Positions 60,487 through 64,000 of a DNA stretch of 64,000 bases are shown here, piece after piece (the stretch's first letter is position 1; every line of letters begins with the position of its first letter). Location of the stretch: positions 3,864-67,863 of the forward strand of contig JBMORF010000037.1 in assembly GCA_049322315.1 (NCBI GenBank), read 5' to 3'. The stretch comes from Thermodesulfobacteriota bacterium. GTDB lineage: Bacteria; Desulfobacterota; Desulfobaccia; Desulfobaccales; 0-14-0-80-60-11. A program made the translations under genes and the position numbers. The notes beneath the pieces were generated by a model. It searched no databases and was not told where the DNA came from. It saw only the letters and a list, made by a program, of their open reading frames with translations.

Positions 60487-61395
60487 TCAGCTCAGGTCGA
60501 TCATCCGCTTGTAATTCCCGGAGATGCTACTCACATCATCCAGCTTGCCCGCCACCGCGGCTACCTGGTCCGCCAGGCCCGCTATCTGTTGTTTCAAGGT
60601 TTCGTTGTCCTTCAGGGTCTCATAGTCGGTGCCGTTGATAACGGAGCGCAGTCCGGTCAGGGCTTTCTCAACTTCCTTGTCACCGAAGATGTTGAGGTCG
60701 TTAAACCACCCCTCCACCCGGCGGACACTTTCCAGGGTGTCGTTGCGCACGATGCGGCCGTCCTTCAGGCGGCTGGAAAGGTTGGTCACCACCTCCAGGA
60801 CCTTCTTGCGGAGGTAGACCACGGCTTCCTCAACCATTTCCTCGTATCTCGCCTGGAGTTCCGCCCTGGCCCGGTCGTAAGCCTCGATAACCTCCGGGGC
60901 GCTCCCTTCCTTGATCTCCGCGCCCTTGATGTCAAAGACGCTCCAATAGAAGTCGAATTTCCGGCGAAGCTGGCTTTTGGTGGGGTAGTGAGGCTGGAGC
61001 CGGGGCCAGATGTCCGGGTATTTCTCCCTCCACTGCTCCTGAATGGCGTCGTAATGGGCCACGAACTCTTCGGCCTGGGCCAGGTACTCAACCTTCAGTT
61101 CTTCCAGCCGCTCCACCACCCGGGCCAGGTTTCGCTTGGGAATAGCGCGCACGTACTCCACCACGAAGGGATACGAGGTATCGTTCAGGTAGGTCCGAGC
61201 CCGGTTGGAAAGCTGGGAGAACAGTTGCCGCCACTCCTGGGGGTACAACTTTTTATTTCCCAGGTAGAAAATTTCCGGGACCTCGCCATCTTTGAGTCCC
61301 AGATCCTCGGCGCTCAACTTGGCCTGCCCCGGCCAGGACCGCACGGCCAACTGAATGGCCACCATTTCTTCAAACCCATTACCGTTGTTTTTCAT
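60487..61395 (-). CDS. Phage/ICE-type hypothetical protein (302 aa)
   Basis: Long ORF with a helical C-terminal half. No family assigned with confidence. Confidence 0.55.
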   Translation of the reverse strand: MKNNGNGFEEMVAIQLAVRSWPGQAKLSAEDLGLKDGEVPEIFYLGNKKLYPQEWRQLFSQLSNRARTYLNDTSYPFVVEYVRAIPKRNLARVVERLEELKVEYLAQAEEFVAHYDAIQEQWREKYPDIWPRLQPHYPTKSQLRRKFDFYWSVFDIKGAEIKEGSAPEVIEAYDRARAELQARYEEMVEEAVVYLRKKVLEVVTNLSSRLKDGRIVRNDTLESVRRVEGWFNDLNIFGDKEVEKALTGLRSVINGTDYETLKDNETLKQQIAGLADQVAAVAGKLDDVSSISGNYKRMIDLS

Positions 61396-61525
61396 TGCCT
61401 TTCCTCCTCTGGAAAAAATTAAGGCCGGTCAATACCGGCCATCTTGGGGAACCATCGCTCCCTTATCCCAAACCGGGATGCCACCGCCCCGGGCTGGGTA
61501 AAAGAGTGAGCGACTGTCTTTTTTG

Positions 61526-62509
<984 letters not shown>

Positions 62510-62618
62510 TCAGGCCCATGCGACTGTTCGGGTTAACTCAAGAGGACGTGGCGGCCAAGCTCACATCACGGTCTTGAAGGACCAAGGGTTGGGACGACCT
62601 GCCACGCCCGAAACCACG

Positions 62619-62664
62619 ACCACCCCCTGGGGCAGGCCCCCGGGGGCCTGCCCCAGGGGGTGGT
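62619..62664. repeat. Perfect 46-bp palindrome ACCACCCCCTGGGGCAGGCCCCC|GGGGGCCTGCCCCAGGGGGTGGT
   Basis: Read directly. It lies about 145 nt upstream of the IS110 transposase start, in the non-coding end of the element. Confidence 0.9.
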
Positions 62665-62761
62665 CTCGAACCACAATGTCCATTTGCTCAACGTTGACCA
62701 TAACCAGAACTTCAATAAAGCGTATCTTCACCTAAGATACAAGGGTTTTACTTATAGGAGA

Positions 62762-62911
62762 TTAACCGCACCAGGGATTTCGATTCAGATCCTCGAATCC
62801 CGGGGCTGGCGGGCCCAGGGAGGAGAGGATTTCGGCCGTCTCTTCCGTCCACCAAGGGGTGGAGGCGGCCCCGTCTTCCGTGAAGTCGATTTCAAGCTCG
62901 CTGGCTGGCAT
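62762..62911 (-). CDS. Small ORF (49 aa)
   Basis: Own translation: MPASELEIDFTEDGAASTPWWTEETAEILSSLGPPAPGFEDLNRNPWCG, with RBS AAGGAG. Overlaps the end of the DUF2997-like ORF by 20 nt. Confidence 0.3.
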   Translation of the reverse strand: MPASELEIDFTEDGAASTPWWTEETAEILSSLGPPAPGFEDLNRNPWCG

Positions 62912-63092
62912 TGGTCTTTACTCCTTGAGAATATTCCGGTTTGTTCTTGCGGTCGGACACCACGCCCAGGGCTTTCTCGAAATGCCCCATGGCCTCGTCG
63001 CAACTCTTGCCCTGGAAACCTTTACCTTCCAGGTGGACCTCACCGGCCATATCGAAGTCGATGATGATCTCTTGCATCACTACCTCCTGCAA
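62892..63092 (-). CDS. DUF2997-like protein
   Basis: IIIDFDMAGEVHLEGKGFQGKSCDEAMGHFEKALGVV fits the DUF2997 pattern. Follows a DUF1257-like gene, as is usual. Confidence 0.55.
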   Translation of the reverse strand: MQEVVMQEIIIDFDMAGEVHLEGKGFQGKSCDEAMGHFEKALGVVSDRKNKPEYSQGVKTNASQRA

Positions 63093-63487
63093 ACGAGCCG
63101 GATACGGCCGTCGTCTTGTTTCTCCTCGGTGACCCGGTAGCCTTTTTTCTTGGCTTCTGCCTTGGCCTTTTCTACCCCGTAGACTTGCTTGAGCCGCCCG
63201 AGCCAGAAGTCGTTATAGCCGTTGTGGTTCCGGTCGAATTCGGAGATCCAGGCCCGGTAAGTGCCATCAGATTGGCGCTGAAAACCGAGGTCGTTGGCCG
63301 CCTGGCCGACATGCAGGCGCCGGATGATGATGTGGGCCTGCTGTTCTCTCCGGTCACCTTGATAGCCATAAAGTGCCTTGGCTTCCTGGTGGGCCTCGAC
63401 CTTTCCTTTAAACCCCAACCGCTCAAGGGCGGCCACCAGAGCCACCCTGTCCCGAAACTCGATCTTAACTTCGCTGTAATGGCTCAT
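63080..63487 (-). CDS. DUF1257 (Ycf35-like) protein
   Basis: Start moved to MSHYSEVKIEFRDRVALVAALERLGF... (ATGA overlap). Confidence 0.55.
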   Translation of the reverse strand: MSHYSEVKIEFRDRVALVAALERLGFKGKVEAHQEAKALYGYQGDRREQQAHIIIRRLHVGQAANDLGFQRQSDGTYRAWISEFDRNHNGYNDFWLGRLKQVYGVEKAKAEAKKKGYRVTEEKQDDGRIRLVCRR

Positions 63488-63699
63488 CAGTTCCTCTCTC
63501 CGGGGCCAACCGCGCCCATAACTTTGATCTCGGTTTGTATCCCTGCCTGTAAGAGTTGGTTCACGCAGCATTCCAGGTCGCCACCGTGCAACGCCTTGGC
63601 CCGGGCATAAAGAATCGTCCAGAGCCACTTTGGGAGCCTGATCGGGACCGGCACTTCCACCATTACAGTGGTTTCCGGACTAATCTCCACGGCCATCAT
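63487..63699 (-). CDS. Phage hypothetical protein
   Basis: 70-aa ORF coupled on both sides. Confidence 0.45.
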   Translation of the reverse strand: MMAVEISPETTVMVEVPVPIRLPKWLWTILYARAKALHGGDLECCVNQLLQAGIQTEIKVMGAVGPGERN

Positions 63700-64000
63700 A
63701 ATGACACTCTCCTTTTGGCCTTTTGCTCAGAGAGTAGTCCTTCGATTTCCTTAAACCGGCTGGCCGGGATAGTCCGAGGTTTGGCCCATTCTCTCAAAGC
63801 GTCCATCTGGTTTTTTTGGCTTTTACTAATAGGAATGACAAACCGGGTAGCCGCCATCACGTCCCCGCCGTTGTAAGCGGCTTCGATGGCCACCTGCCGA
63901 ATTTCTGCACCGCTGTAGCCCTCCAGGTCCTCGGGGGCCGGGAGGTTTTGGGGAGCGGTCTTTACCTTAAAGGCTTCACAGTAGATCCCCAAAATATGCA
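63696..64000 (-). CDS. AAA+ ATPase, C-terminal part only (gene continues beyond the right edge)
   Basis: The frame stays open to base 64000. ...LEGYSGAEIRQVAIEAAYNG... is the AAA+ lid-domain motif. Confidence 0.7.
   Translation of the reverse strand, partial: HILGIYCEAFKVKTAPQNLPAPEDLEGYSGAEIRQVAIEAAYNGGDVMAATRFVIPISKSQKNQMDALREWAKPRTIPASRFKEIEGLLSEQKAKRRVSL

Overview
The window has three parts, and I found no rRNA, tRNA or CRISPR array by eye.

(1) 1-15.8 kb is chromosomal. It holds regulators (TetR, AraC, Crp/Fnr and a LuxR fused to an Fe-S domain) and a redox or methyl-transfer-looking cluster: DUF3786-like, two PF04060-type Fe-S proteins, two paralogous flavodoxins, a SAM methyltransferase and DUF3795. 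It also holds an IS1380 insertion with clear inverted repeats and a 5-bp target duplication, and a TonB-dependent receptor operon that encodes a signal-peptide-bearing tetrapyrrole-methylase-fold protein.

(2) 15.9-20.7 kb is a visibly AT-richer patch bracketed by two diverged copies of a phage o-spanin gene. It carries one 1307-aa ORF with a nitrilase-superfamily (CN-hydrolase) + NACHT + HEAT-repeat architecture. This is my top candidate for a new antiviral STAND/NLR-like system.

(3) 20.7-64 kb is a siphovirus-like HK97-type prophage on the minus strand that runs off the right edge.
- It has lysis, tail fibre and baseplate genes, a tape measure, G/GT chaperones with a -1 frameshift site, tail and head-tail genes, capsid, protease and a portal-MuF fusion.
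- It has a replication and early module: Cas4-like nuclease, dnaN, ParB, and an AAA+/DUF1257/DUF2997 set, interrupted by an IS110 element.
- No terminase is visible. Where it should be sits a 7.6-kb AT-richer island. The island holds an AbiE-like pair and a four-gene operon: C5-methyltransferase, a double-GHKL histidine-kinase-like ATPase, a receiver-domain protein and an HhH-GPD glycosylase.

All functional calls rest on motif reading of the translations. No database search was possible.
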